Assembly: GCA_038212275.1 (NCBI GenBank)
Contig: JBBQUR010000010.1
Location: 64,001-128,000, forward strand
From: Planctomycetota bacterium
GTDB lineage: Bacteria; Planctomycetota; B15-G4
Direction: 5' to 3'
DNA length: 64,000 bases
The translations under genes and the position numbers were made by a program. The notes under the pieces were generated by a model that was not told the origin of the DNA, did not search any database, and saw only the letters and a program-made list of their open reading frames with translations. This document shows positions 12,740 to 26,019 of this stretch, piece by piece. Position 1 is the first letter of the stretch, and each line of letters starts with the position of its first letter.

Positions 12740-13432
12740 ATGGATCACGCAGTCCTCATCGTCGATGACGAACCGAAGATCTTCCAGGCCTTGCGGCGCG
12801 CCCTGCATCGCGAGCCCTACGAGCTGCTGTCGGCGGAGAGCGGCGAGGCGGCGCTCAATCTCCTGGCCGAGCGCCCGATCGACGTCATCATCGCCGACGA
12901 GAACATGCCGAACATGCGCGGCAGCGTGCTGCTTGCACGCTGCAAGGCGCAGTGGCCCGAGATGGTGCGCATGATGCTCACCGGAGACGCGCGCCTCGAG
13001 ACGGTCGTCGCGGCGGTGAACAAGGGCGAGATCTACCGCTTCTTCATCAAGCCCTGCAACGAGGCGGAGCTGATCATCTCGATCCGCGACGCGCTGCAGA
13101 TGCGCCAGCTCAAGGCGGCTGCCGGGGCGCTGCTCACGACGGTCAAGCGCCAGAACGAGACGATCAAGTCGATGACCGCAAGCGACGGCAGCGTCGAACT
13201 CCCGCCGATCGTGCTCGCGCCGCGCCCCAAGGCGGTCGTGATCGCGGGCGGCGGGGCGCCGTCCGCCGACCACGCGGGCGACGGCTCCTCGCACGGGTCG
13301 GGCGGCACCGGCGGCGCCGCGGGCGACAACTCCGGCAAGGGCGGGATCTTCCACCTGACGAACAAGGACATCCCCGAGGACGTCGACAAGCTGCTGGCAG
13401 AGATCCGCAGCGAGCTCGAACGGATGGGGTAG
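12740..13432 (+). CDS. response regulator (REC domain with low-complexity C-terminal tail)
   Basis: VLIVDDE, IIADENMP, MLTG, FFIKP; ATG at 12740. Confidence 0.88.
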   Translation: MDHAVLIVDDEPKIFQALRRALHREPYELLSAESGEAALNLLAERPIDVIIADENMPNMRGSVLLARCKAQWPEMVRMMLTGDARLETVVAAVNKGEIYRFFIKPCNEAELIISIRDALQMRQLKAAAGALLTTVKRQNETIKSMTASDGSVELPPIVLAPRPKAVVIAGGGAPSADHAGDGSSHGSGGTGGAAGDNSGKGGIFHLTNKDIPEDVDKLLAEIRSELERMG

Positions 13433-13514
13433 TGCGAGGCCTCGGCGCTGCAGCGGGCCGCGCTTTGTGCGGCCCGCGCCTGTTTCGGACGGGGCGCGCT
13501 GGAGTCGGCGCGCC

Positions 13515-16781
<3,267 letters not shown>

Positions 16782-16925
16782 CGGCTTCAGGCTCCGGGTC
16801 GTGAAGTCCCCGGCCGATCATGCCGACGTGGGACAAATTGGCGAGAGCTTACCGGTCCCCGCGCGGCGGCGCGAGGGGGGATGCCCGGCCGCCGCGACAG
16901 CCCGGGAGGGTCCCGGCGGAGTTTT

Positions 16926-16955
16926 CTCAAGCCCGGGGCATGGGCCAGCCGAAAT
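16926..16955 (+). promoter_or_regulatory. candidate sigma28-like promoter of major pilin (TCAAG-N16-GCCGAAAT)
   Basis: about 75 nt upstream of pilin ATG; shared with 8083 and 12640 motifs. Confidence 0.4.
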
Positions 16956-17029
16956 CCACGAGCGTAATCGCCTCTCGTGTCGGCCGACTCCCATGGTTGG
17001 GACTCGCCGCCGGGAACCAAGGAGTAGAC

Positions 17030-17473
17030 ATGTTCTTGAACAAGACCCGGAGCGAGCGCGGCTTCACGCTCGTGGAATTGGCCGTCGTTGTCGTGATCAT
17101 CGGCGTGCTGGCCGCTTTCGCGGTGCCGCGCTTCCTGGCGTCCGTCGAGCGGTCGAAGGCTGCCGAATCTTTCAACTACCTCGCCACGGTCCACTCGGCC
17201 CAGGAGCGCTACCACGCTCGTCAGGGCACGTACGCGTCCGACCTGAGCCAGCTCGACACCGAGATGATCTCGCCCGAGTATTTCTCGGTCGGCGAGATTG
17301 CGGTCCCGTCGAGCGAGTCCTCGCTGGAGACCGGCTGGGAGCTGACGCTCACCCGCGCCGGCGCATCGGCTGGTTACGGTGCGTACACGGTCGTGTTCAA
17401 CCACGATGGTTTCGACACCACGAACAGCACCATCGCCGCGGAAGTCAGCCCGTTGCAGACCGCGACGAGCTGA
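17030..17473 (+). CDS. type IV major pilin-like protein (class III signal peptide)
   Basis: AAGGAG RBS at 17019; RSERG|FTLVELAVVVVIIGVLAAFAVPRF N-methylation motif. Confidence 0.92.
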   Translation: MFLNKTRSERGFTLVELAVVVVIIGVLAAFAVPRFLASVERSKAAESFNYLATVHSAQERYHARQGTYASDLSQLDTEMISPEYFSVGEIAVPSSESSLETGWELTLTRAGASAGYGAYTVVFNHDGFDTTNSTIAAEVSPLQTATS

Positions 17474-17506
17474 CCGTATCCGGCAGATGCAGTCCTTCTT
17501 GGCGCG

Positions 17507-17550
17507 TTCGCGCCGGCCCATCCCGCCTCACGGTGGATGGCCGGCGCGAA
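17507..17550 (+). other. long GC stem-loop downstream of pilin
   Basis: TTCGCGCCGGCC-CATCC ... GGATG-GCCGGCGCGAA inverted repeat. Confidence 0.6.
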
Positions 17551-17601
17551 TCCGCCGGACGGCCCGGCGGCCCGAGCTGCCGCATCGCAGCGCGCATGAG
17601 A

Positions 17602-17631
17602 GGCCCCGACTCTGCCGGGGCCCTTTCTCTT
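17602..17631 (+). terminator. candidate intrinsic terminator after major pilin
   Basis: GGCCCCG/CGGGGCC stem followed by CTTTCTCTT. Confidence 0.5.
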
Positions 17632-17716
17632 GAAGGGCGTCTCCGGCAGAGCGGACGCCGCCGCCGCACGGCCGCGTGCGCGGTGAAGAGTCGAGGAGAG
17701 CACGGAGACACCGGCC

Positions 17717-19219
17717 TTGCGCCGCTCACCCTGGAAGCACGTCACCGGAGTGCTGCTCGCACCCGATCGCATCCTCACGGCCACGGTCGTGGTGACGCCG
17801 CTCGGGGTGCGTCCGTCCGCCAGCGCCGAGGAAGCCATCGTCGACGGCGACCTCGGCGCCGCGCTGGCGCAGCTGCGTTCGGCCGGGCACCTGCGCGGCA
17901 GGCTCGTCTTCGGGGTCGATGCGCGGCGCTCGTACGCCATCACCCGCAAGCTGTCCACCGAGGACGCGGAGCAGAAGCCCGCGGAACTGCTCGCGTCCCA
18001 CCTCGGCCTGGTGCACGACGCGCTCGTGGCGGGCATCGAGCAGGTCAAGCTTCCTTCCGGCCTGCACGCGGCGCTGGCCGCGGCGCCGCGCGACGTGGCA
18101 TCGACCGTGCTCGAAGCGCTGGGAAAGAAGCCGGGCAACGTGCGCCTCTACCCGCTGACCTGGGCGCTGTACCAGTTCGCCTCGCGCCTGACGGGCAGGC
18201 CGCGCAAATGGCGCACGGAGGTCCGCGTCCTGCGCGACGCCGAGGGCGGCGTGGCCATTCTCGCGCACGGCGGCTTCCCCATCGCCTCGCGCCTCTTCGA
18301 CATGCTGGACAGCCGCGACGTGAGCTCCGTCGGGCTGGCCGTGCTGGGCCTGCTCACGCACGCACGCGAGGAGCTCGGCCTGCGCTCCGTGGACGGCGTC
18401 ATGCTGCACATGGACGGCACGGAAGAGGGCCTCGTGGACATCTGCGAGGCATTCACCGGCCTCAAGACCGTGATGGCGAAGTCCGTGGGCTGCGACGAGC
18501 CTGCCTCGGCCCTGGCCCTCGCGCACGCCGGGGCACGCATGAAGCAGGATGCCGTCGACCTGTTCGTCGCGCTGCGGCCGCCGCCCGGCGTGCTGCACCG
18601 GCTGCCGCTGCGCTCGGCGGCGGTCCTCGGCGTCGCAGGCATCGTGCTCGGCTGGATGCTCACCGACGCCGCCGCCGGCATCGAGAGCGAGGCGCTGAAG
18701 CTCGAGAAGCAGACCGCCGGCAACCTCAAGCGCGCCCACGTGCAGCTCACCGACCTGCGCAAGGTGCACGTCAAGCTCAAGACCGAGGTGCAGATCGCGC
18801 AGAGCTTCCTCACGAACCGCCTGCGCTGGAGCGACATCCTGCGCGAACTCCCCAGCGTGCTGCCGCCGACGGTGACGCTCGTGGACTTCGACGGCCGGGA
18901 CCAGGTGCAGTATCCGAGCACCAAGAAGAAGAAGAAGGAAGGCGCCGCCAACAAGGCGAAGGATGACGGCAGCGGTGGCGCGGCCCAGCTGTCCACGAAG
19001 GGGCGTCAGCTCACGATTGCCTGCGAGGTGGGGCTGAGCGCCGCGGACAGCTCGCCGCCCGAGGTCGAGTCGCTCGTCGCGTCGATCAAGGCCTCGCCCG
19101 TGTTCCAGGCGGTCCTGCCGCGCATCACCGGCGCGAACGTGCGCCTGCTGCCCGCGGTGAAGGGCCTCTCCGCGCGCATCACCGTCTACTGCATGCCGCC
19201 CGGCACGCCGGGGAAATGA
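17717..19219 (+). CDS. divergent PilM-like/PilN fusion protein
   Basis: position after pilin; central VDLF + TM; RLRWSDILRELPSVLPPTVTL is PilN-typical; start codon uncertain (TTG). Confidence 0.6.
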   Translation: MRRSPWKHVTGVLLAPDRILTATVVVTPLGVRPSASAEEAIVDGDLGAALAQLRSAGHLRGRLVFGVDARRSYAITRKLSTEDAEQKPAELLASHLGLVHDALVAGIEQVKLPSGLHAALAAAPRDVASTVLEALGKKPGNVRLYPLTWALYQFASRLTGRPRKWRTEVRVLRDAEGGVAILAHGGFPIASRLFDMLDSRDVSSVGLAVLGLLTHAREELGLRSVDGVMLHMDGTEEGLVDICEAFTGLKTVMAKSVGCDEPASALALAHAGARMKQDAVDLFVALRPPPGVLHRLPLRSAAVLGVAGIVLGWMLTDAAAGIESEALKLEKQTAGNLKRAHVQLTDLRKVHVKLKTEVQIAQSFLTNRLRWSDILRELPSVLPPTVTLVDFDGRDQVQYPSTKKKKKEGAANKAKDDGSGGAAQLSTKGRQLTIACEVGLSAADSSPPEVESLVASIKASPVFQAVLPRITGANVRLLPAVKGLSARITVYCMPPGTPGK

Positions 19220-19995
19220 CGATGGCTCTCGAACTGGGCGTGGATCGCAAGCAGATCGAGGCCCTCAAGGCCGTGTACCGGCGCTGGACCGGCGACCCGG
19301 TGCAGTTCCGCTTCCTCGCGACGCTGGTCATCATGGGTGCGATCATCGCGCTGGTGGAGATGCCCCTCGCGGCGCGCCTCGACTCGGCGCGCGCCCGGCA
19401 CAAGGAGGCGCTCGCGCTCTCGTCGCTCTCGCAGGAAGTGCGCGGCTTCGTCGAGCAGGTCGAGGCCTACGATCCGAAGGTCGCCGTGAGCGCCGAGATC
19501 GTCGACTGGCAGAACTACGTGCTGTCGCTGCTGTCGTACAGCAACGCGACGCTCATCTCCATCGAGCCCAAGGCCGTGGAGCCCAAGGGCGCCTTCCAGG
19601 TGGTGCAGATGGAGCTCGTCGCGCGCGGCAGTTCCTACCGCGAGTTCGTGGACTTCATCGACCGGCTCGAGCACGGCGAGCGGCTCATGCGCGTCGAGAA
19701 GGTGCGCGTCGAGAAGCACCAGACCTCGATGTACCTGACCTGCATGATCCGCGGCCTGGTGAAGTCCTCGGCCGCCAGCGAGAGCAAGCCCGCCAGCGAC
19801 GGCCACACCGGCGACGACAAGACCGGCGACGACAAGACCGGCGACGACAAGGGCGGCGACGACAAGGGCGGCGACGGCGAGGCAGGCGAGGCCGGGATCG
19901 AAGCCGGCGACGCGTCGGGCGGCTCAGCCGATCGCGCCGACGAGGTCGGCCCGCGGGACGCGCCGGGAGACGATGCCGGGAGCGGCGACAGGTGA
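19216..19995 (+). CDS. PilO-like protein
   Basis: TM, coiled coil, GSSYREFVDFIDRLEHGERLMRVE (PilO motif); acidic DDKTG/DDKGG repeat tail. Confidence 0.75.
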   Translation: MTMALELGVDRKQIEALKAVYRRWTGDPVQFRFLATLVIMGAIIALVEMPLAARLDSARARHKEALALSSLSQEVRGFVEQVEAYDPKVAVSAEIVDWQNYVLSLLSYSNATLISIEPKAVEPKGAFQVVQMELVARGSSYREFVDFIDRLEHGERLMRVEKVRVEKHQTSMYLTCMIRGLVKSSAASESKPASDGHTGDDKTGDDKTGDDKGGDDKGGDGEAGEAGIEAGDASGGSADRADEVGPRDAPGDDAGSGDR

Positions 19996-20960
19996 TCGCG
20001 AACCTCAAGCGCAACATCGTGTTCATCGCGCTCGCGCTGCTGGCGTGGTTCGGCTACGGCGATCTCGACAAGGAGAAGAGCAAGGCCGTGGCGTCGGCCA
20101 GGAGCGCGCTGCGTCCCATCGAGATCTCCGACATCACGCCGCGCGATCCGCCCTCCGACTGGGTGCTGACGCGCGATCCCTACGGGCTCGTCATTGCCGT
20201 CGAGAAGATCGAGCCCGCAGCCGGCGCCTCGCCGCGCGCAGCCGGCACTCCGTCGCGGGCGCCCCCCGGCCGGGCGACGTCCGTTTCGGCCGGCTCCGCG
20301 GGACACGGCAGCGGCGCCCGCGGCTCGACGGGTGCGGCGGCCCCGGCGGGTCTGGCGACTGCGGCGGGCTCCGATGGCAGCGCGAGTGGCGCGACGCTGC
20401 ACCCACCCGTGACCTCGCTGGCGCACTGGGCCGAGCACGCGGAGGCTCTGCTGGCGTTGCGAACCGCCACGTCGCCTGCGCCGCCACCCGAACCGGTCGA
20501 GGCGCCGGCCCCGCCGGCCGAACTGCCGCCGGTGCAGTTCACGCTGAGCCTGCAGGCCACGCTGGCGCAGGCCGGCGGTGGCCAGGCGCGCATTTCCGGG
20601 CAGACGGTGGAGGTCGGCGCGGCGCTGGCGGGTTTCGACCCCTACTCGCCGCCCGTCCTGCGCGCGGTGGAGGGCTCGGTCGCGGTGGTGACCCATCGCG
20701 GCAAGGACTACCTGCTGGATCTCGATCACCAGGCGGTGATCACCGTCGGCACGCCGGGAGCGGCGACCGGCGAGGCCGCCGCGGCGCCCCGGACGTCCGG
20801 CGGCATGGGAGGCGCGGCGGGCCATCCGCGCACCGCCAGCACGTCACCTCCGAAGGCCGCAGCCCCCTCGGCGGCAACTCAGACAGCGGCTCCGGCTCCC
20901 GGAGCGCCGAAGAAAGCCACCTACAAGGCCCGTTCGTATCCCGGAAAGCCCAAGTCATGA
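19992..20960 (+). CDS. putative PilP/GspC-like accessory protein
   Basis: N-terminal TM, RDPY motif, short beta domain (LQATL..ARISGQTVEVG) in the PilP position; low-complexity linkers. Confidence 0.5.
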   Translation: MIANLKRNIVFIALALLAWFGYGDLDKEKSKAVASARSALRPIEISDITPRDPPSDWVLTRDPYGLVIAVEKIEPAAGASPRAAGTPSRAPPGRATSVSAGSAGHGSGARGSTGAAAPAGLATAAGSDGSASGATLHPPVTSLAHWAEHAEALLALRTATSPAPPPEPVEAPAPPAELPPVQFTLSLQATLAQAGGGQARISGQTVEVGAALAGFDPYSPPVLRAVEGSVAVVTHRGKDYLLDLDHQAVITVGTPGAATGEAAAAPRTSGGMGGAAGHPRTASTSPPKAAAPSAATQTAAPAPGAPKKATYKARSYPGKPKS

Positions 20961-22765
20961 ACGCTGCCAGGACCGAGAGCCTCCCGCTCATCGTGCGGTT
21001 GCTCGTGGAGGGCGGTCAGCTTCCCGAGGACAAGCTCGACCAGGTGGCGCGCGCGCGGACGCAATGCCCCGAGAGCGTCGAGGAGGCGCTCATCGCCGGC
21101 GAGCTCGTGGAAGAAAACGCCATCCCCGAGGCGTGGGCGTCGCACCTCAAGATCCCGTGGGTCGAGCTGGTGCAGGACGGACAGGTCTCGCTGGTGATGC
21201 TCAACCTCCCCAACGAGCTGCTGCCGCTCTCGCTGGGCACGGTGGCCGAGCTGGCTGCGGTCTGCGGGCCGCTCGCGCAGATCGTGTCCGAATCGGTGTG
21301 TCGCCGTCGCCGGCTCTTTCCGGTGCGCGACTCGGGCCGCTTCCTCGAGATCGCGTGCCTCAACCCGGCGGACTTCGCGGCGCTCGAGGAAGTGCGCATG
21401 CGCACGGGCCGCATCGTGCGCCCCGCGTCCATCTCGCCGGGGCTCTACGCGCTGCTGCTCGCCGGCGTTTTCGGCGAACGCGACGTGGTGCGCGAGATCG
21501 TCAGCGAAGGCAGCAAGGGACCCGAGGCCAGGAAGGAGGCCGAGGCCGAGGAGGAGATGGACTTCATCCTCGACCTGCAGCGGGCGCTGCCGGCCGGCAA
21601 GGACAGTCAGGTCGTGCGCATCGTGAACGTGCTCCTCGGGCGGGCCATCGAGGAAGGCGCCAGCGACATCCACATCGAGCCGTACGAGGACACGGTGCGC
21701 GTGCGCTACCGCATCGACGGCAAGCTGCGCGAGACGACCTCGCCGCCGCGCTCGCTCTTCGTGCCCACGGTGTCGCGCCTCAAGATCCTGGCCAAGATGG
21801 ACATCGCGGAGAAGCGCGTGCCGCAGGACGGCGCCATCGCGCTGCGCAACGGCGAAAAGCGCGTGGACCTGCGCGTCTCCACCGTGCCGACGATCTACGG
21901 CGAGAAGATGGTCATCCGTATCCTGGAGAAGGAAGGCATCCCCGACAAGCTCGAGCGCCTCGGCTTCAACGAGAAGCAGGCGAGGGACTTCGTGGCGGCC
22001 GCGCACTCGCCGCACGGCCTGATGTTCGTGACGGGGCCCACCGGCTCGGGCAAGAGCACGACGCTCTACTGCTGCCTCAACCTCATCAACAGCCCGACCG
22101 AGAACATCGTCACGGTCGAGGACCCCGTCGAATACAAATTCTTCGGGCTCAACCAGGTGCAGGTGCGCGCGCAGCAGGGTCTCACCTTCGCCGGCGCGCT
22201 GCGCTCCTTCCTGCGACAGGACCCGGACAAGATCATGGTCGGCGAGGTGCGCGACCAGGAGACGGCGCAGATCTGCATGCGCGCCGCGCTGACGGGCCAC
22301 CTCGTGCTCTCCACGCTGCACACGAACAATGCGCTGCAGGTCATCAACCGTCTCGTGGACATGGGCATCGAGCCCTTCCTGCTCGGCCCGGCGCTGCGCA
22401 TGGTGGAGGCGCAGCGTCTCGTGCGCCGCCTGTGCCCCGAGTGCAAGGAAGCCTACGAGCTGCCCGAGGAAGTGGCCGTGAAGTACGGGCTGCAGCCGGG
22501 CATCACGCTCTACCGCGCCGGCACCAATGCCAACTGCGCCAACTGCCGCGGCAACGGAGTGCGCGGCCGCGTCGGCATCTACGAGGTCATCCCGATCACC
22601 GAGGCCGTGCGCCAGTGCATCTGCCGCAAGGCGCCCGTGGCCGAGATCGAGTCCACGGCCCGCGCCGAGGGCACACGCTTCCTCGCCGACAGCGCGCGCG
22701 AGCGCCTCGAGGCCGGCATCACCAGCCTCGAAGAGTGCATCGAGTACCTGAGGAAGGAAGTCTGA
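20957..22765 (+). CDS. pilB: type IV pilus assembly / T2SS ATPase (PilB/GspE family)
   Basis: ASDIHIEP, Walker A GPTGSGKST, TVEDPVE, RQDPDKIMVGEVRD, TGHLVLSTLH, CPEC/CANC zinc motif. Confidence 0.93.
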   Translation: MNAARTESLPLIVRLLVEGGQLPEDKLDQVARARTQCPESVEEALIAGELVEENAIPEAWASHLKIPWVELVQDGQVSLVMLNLPNELLPLSLGTVAELAAVCGPLAQIVSESVCRRRRLFPVRDSGRFLEIACLNPADFAALEEVRMRTGRIVRPASISPGLYALLLAGVFGERDVVREIVSEGSKGPEARKEAEAEEEMDFILDLQRALPAGKDSQVVRIVNVLLGRAIEEGASDIHIEPYEDTVRVRYRIDGKLRETTSPPRSLFVPTVSRLKILAKMDIAEKRVPQDGAIALRNGEKRVDLRVSTVPTIYGEKMVIRILEKEGIPDKLERLGFNEKQARDFVAAAHSPHGLMFVTGPTGSGKSTTLYCCLNLINSPTENIVTVEDPVEYKFFGLNQVQVRAQQGLTFAGALRSFLRQDPDKIMVGEVRDQETAQICMRAALTGHLVLSTLHTNNALQVINRLVDMGIEPFLLGPALRMVEAQRLVRRLCPECKEAYELPEEVAVKYGLQPGITLYRAGTNANCANCRGNGVRGRVGIYEVIPITEAVRQCICRKAPVAEIESTARAEGTRFLADSARERLEAGITSLEECIEYLRKEV

Positions 22766-22767
22766 GC

Positions 22768-23865
22768 ATGGCCACCGACACGGGCGGCGGCTTCCTCAAG
22801 GTCCGCGTCAACAACAAGATGCACCCCAAGGCCTCGTCCGAGGACGTGCAGGCCTTCTTCCAGCAGCTCTCGACGATGTTCCGCGCGGGCACGCCGATCT
22901 ACGACGCGATCACGATCTCGGGCGCGCAGTGCCAGAGCATCAAGCTGCGCGCGGTGATCGAGAACGTCGCGCAGCGCGTGGCGTCGGGCCAGTCGCTGAA
23001 CTCTTCGCTGGCCAACTATCCGCAGTACTTCCTGATCGAGTGGATCGAGGTCATCCGCAGCGGCGAGGACAGCGGCCAGCTCGGCAAGGTGCTCGAGAAG
23101 CTCACCGTGCAGATGATCGCGGCGCAGGAACTGCGCGGCAAGCTCGTGAGCGCGATGATGTATCCGATCATCATCCTGTGCGTGGCCATCGGCGCCATCG
23201 CGGTGATGCTGGTCAAGGTCGTGCCCACCTTCGCCAACATGTTCCAGAGCATGGGCAAGGAGCTGCCGGGCATCACGCAGGCCGTGCTCGCCGTGTCGGA
23301 CTTCCTGCGCGAGAAGGGCTTCATGATCGTGATCGCCATCGCGGTGGTGATCTTCGCGTACAGGCGCTGGTCGGCCACCGTCGAGGGCCGCAGGACGCGC
23401 GACCGGCTGCTCGTGTCGCTGCCGCTGGTGGGCGACGTGCTGGTGCAGGCCTCGATGCAGAAGTTCGCGAGCAACGTCGCGCTGCTGCTGCGCGCCGGCC
23501 TGCCGCTGCTGGACGCCATCATCTCGATGAAGGGCATCTTCAGCGCCAACAAGACCTACCAGGAGGCGATGGTCCGCGTCACGCAGCAGGTGGAGCGCGG
23601 CGGCAACCTGGCGGACGCGATGGAGGAGTCGGGCGTGTTCACGTCCTTCGTCGTGAGCATGACCCGCATCGGCGAGGGCTCGGGCACGCTGCCCGACGTG
23701 CTCGACGAGGTGGAGGTCTTCTATCGCCGCAAGGTCGAGATCGTCGTGGGCCGGCTCACCGGTTCGCTCGAGACCGTCGTCATCCTGTTCATGGGCGTGA
23801 CCGTCGCGGTCATCCTCTGCGCGGTGTACCTGCCCATGTTCTCGGCCGCCTCGGGAGTGAGCTGA
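22768..23865 (+). CDS. pilC: type IV pilus / T2SS inner-membrane platform protein (PilC/GspF)
   Basis: two T2SSF domains (GEDSGQL, GEGSGTL), MYPIIIL, LPGITQ, YLPMF. Confidence 0.93.
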   Translation: MATDTGGGFLKVRVNNKMHPKASSEDVQAFFQQLSTMFRAGTPIYDAITISGAQCQSIKLRAVIENVAQRVASGQSLNSSLANYPQYFLIEWIEVIRSGEDSGQLGKVLEKLTVQMIAAQELRGKLVSAMMYPIIILCVAIGAIAVMLVKVVPTFANMFQSMGKELPGITQAVLAVSDFLREKGFMIVIAIAVVIFAYRRWSATVEGRRTRDRLLVSLPLVGDVLVQASMQKFASNVALLLRAGLPLLDAIISMKGIFSANKTYQEAMVRVTQQVERGGNLADAMEESGVFTSFVVSMTRIGEGSGTLPDVLDEVEVFYRRKVEIVVGRLTGSLETVVILFMGVTVAVILCAVYLPMFSAASGVS

Positions 23866-23866
23866 G

Positions 23867-26011
23867 ATGCGCCTCGCGGGACTGATCGCCGTGCTGCTGC
23901 TCGCGGGCTCCGCGTCCGCACTGCAGTCGTCCGCGTCGGGTGTGCGCGATCTGCTCGGCGTGCCGCTGCCGGGCGCGGCCCCTGCGGCAGCCGGAGTCAA
24001 CGTCACGCTGCCCGGTGCGCAGTCGGACGGCGGTGCGTCGACGAAGCCCGCGCCGACGGGCGTGTCGCCCGCCGTCGGTGCGACCGGCGCCGGCGCAGCA
24101 GCTGCGGCCGGCGCTCCGGGAGCAGCCGGCACCGCGTCGTCGGGCAGCCTCGTGCCGCCCGGGCCTGCCGTGACCGGCGCCTTCGTGCGCACCTCCGCCG
24201 ACCGTCTCGAATTCCACGCGCGCAGCCTGCCTCTCGCCGACGCCTTCGCCGAGCTGCGCCGCCTCATGCGCCGCAACATCGTGGTCGCCCCCGACGTGAC
24301 CGCCACCTTCACCGGCGACCTCTACGACATGACCGTCGAGGAGATCATCGGCGCGCTCTGCCACAGCACGGGCCTCGTCACGCGCGAGGAAGGCGCCTTC
24401 ATCTACATCGAGCCGGACAAGGCCGAGACGCGCGTCTTCACGCTGGGCCATGCGCGCGCCGAGGACACCATCGCGCTCATCCGCCCGCTGCTCAGCCCCT
24501 CGGGCCAGGTGACCGCCACGCCGTCGTCGCGGCAGGGCATCGCCTCCAGCCAGAACGAGGCCGGCGGCGACGACTACGCGGCCGCCGACCTCATCGTCGT
24601 GCGCGACCTGCGCTCGCGCCTCGACGAGATCGCAACCGTGCTGCTCTCCTTCGATGCCGAGCCGCAGCAGGTGCTCATCGAGGCGACGATCCTGCTCGTC
24701 TCGCTCTCGGACAGCAAGCAGCTCGGCGTGGAAGTCTCCGCGCTGATCGGCACGAACTTCGCCGACAACGGCGCGTCGAGCATCAGCGGCCAGGGCATCA
24801 ACTACGGCGGCTTCGACGGCCAGCAGCTCGACGACGGGCTCGGCGCCGTCGCCACCGGCCTGAACTCGCTCATCCCGAAGGCCAACGGCGGCCTCAACGT
24901 GGGCATCATCAAGGACGGCGTCGCGGTCTTCATCAAGGCGCTGCAGACGCAGACCGACGCGACGGTGCTGGCCAACCCGCGCATCGTCACCATGAACAAG
25001 CAGCGCGGCGAGGTGCTGCTCGGGCGCCGCGACGGCTTCCTCACGACCACCGTCACGCAGACCTCCACGACGCAGAGCGTGGAGTATCTCGAGACCGGCA
25101 CGCGCCTCATCTTCCGGCCGTTCATCACGGGCACGGATCTGGTGCGCCTCGAGGTGCACCCGGAAGACTCGACCGGCGGCGTCAACAGCGAGGGCCTGCC
25201 CTTCAAGGACACCGCAGAGGTCACCACCAACATCATGATCCGCGACGGCGAGACCGTCGTGATCGGCGGCCTGTTCCGCGAGCGCAAGGACGTCATCGAG
25301 CGCAAGGTGCCGCTGCTCGGCGACATCCCGCTGCTCGGCGCGCTCTTCCGCAGCGAGGACAGCACCAACCGGCACGAGGAAGTCATCATCGTGCTCACGC
25401 CGCACATCGTGAACATGAAGGACGGCAAGCTGCGCGCGGAGTCCACCGCGCTGATGCAATCCGGCTCGCCGGCGCTGGCCAGCCTTGCCGCGAGTGCAGG
25501 CTGGACGCCGCTGCCCGCGCCCGACGCAACCGCCACCGAGTGGCACGAGCCCGTCGCGCCGGCCGGCAGCTTCGACGCCTCGGGCGCCATGACCGGCCTC
25601 GACAGCGCGGGCAGCGCGGGCAACGCGGGCAACGCGGGCGAGGCGGGCGAGGTGGGCGCGGCGGGCGTGTCGGGCATGCAGACCGCAGCGGGCGCAACGC
25701 TCCCGGCAGCCGCGCGGGTTCCGTCCGGTGCGGCTCCCGCGGGCGGCACTCCTCGCCACGCGGCGCTGAACCTGCTCGCGGAGCCCCGCCTCGCGGAGGT
25801 CCACCTGGCGCTGGCCCGCAGCCTCGTCGCACGGGGCGACGTGGGCACCGCCGCGATGCTGCTCGCGGACCTGGACGCCGCGCACCGCGACAACGAGGAA
25901 GTCCGCCTCCTCGAGCGCCAGATCGGCGCCCGCAGCCTGCCGCTGCCCGACGTGTCCGCCGTGGACAGGCAGCTTCTGGACCTCATCGCCGGGGGCCTGA
26001 ACAGCCGATAG
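23867..26011 (+). CDS. outer-membrane secretin (PilQ/GspD family)
   Basis: signal peptide, QVLIEATI, VLANPRIVT, DGETVVIGGL, KVPLLGDIPLLGALFRS. Confidence 0.93.
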   Translation: MRLAGLIAVLLLAGSASALQSSASGVRDLLGVPLPGAAPAAAGVNVTLPGAQSDGGASTKPAPTGVSPAVGATGAGAAAAAGAPGAAGTASSGSLVPPGPAVTGAFVRTSADRLEFHARSLPLADAFAELRRLMRRNIVVAPDVTATFTGDLYDMTVEEIIGALCHSTGLVTREEGAFIYIEPDKAETRVFTLGHARAEDTIALIRPLLSPSGQVTATPSSRQGIASSQNEAGGDDYAAADLIVVRDLRSRLDEIATVLLSFDAEPQQVLIEATILLVSLSDSKQLGVEVSALIGTNFADNGASSISGQGINYGGFDGQQLDDGLGAVATGLNSLIPKANGGLNVGIIKDGVAVFIKALQTQTDATVLANPRIVTMNKQRGEVLLGRRDGFLTTTVTQTSTTQSVEYLETGTRLIFRPFITGTDLVRLEVHPEDSTGGVNSEGLPFKDTAEVTTNIMIRDGETVVIGGLFRERKDVIERKVPLLGDIPLLGALFRSEDSTNRHEEVIIVLTPHIVNMKDGKLRAESTALMQSGSPALASLAASAGWTPLPAPDATATEWHEPVAPAGSFDASGAMTGLDSAGSAGNAGNAGEAGEVGAAGVSGMQTAAGATLPAAARVPSGAAPAGGTPRHAALNLLAEPRLAEVHLALARSLVARGDVGTAAMLLADLDAAHRDNEEVRLLERQIGARSLPLPDVSAVDRQLLDLIAGGLNSR

Positions 26012-26019
26012 GCCCGGGC

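Noticed and set aside
16782..17029. Sigma54 (-24/-12) promoter for the pilin
   Set aside because: No convincing TGGCAC-N5-TTGC element found; TGGCGAGAGCTTAC lacks the -12 GC.
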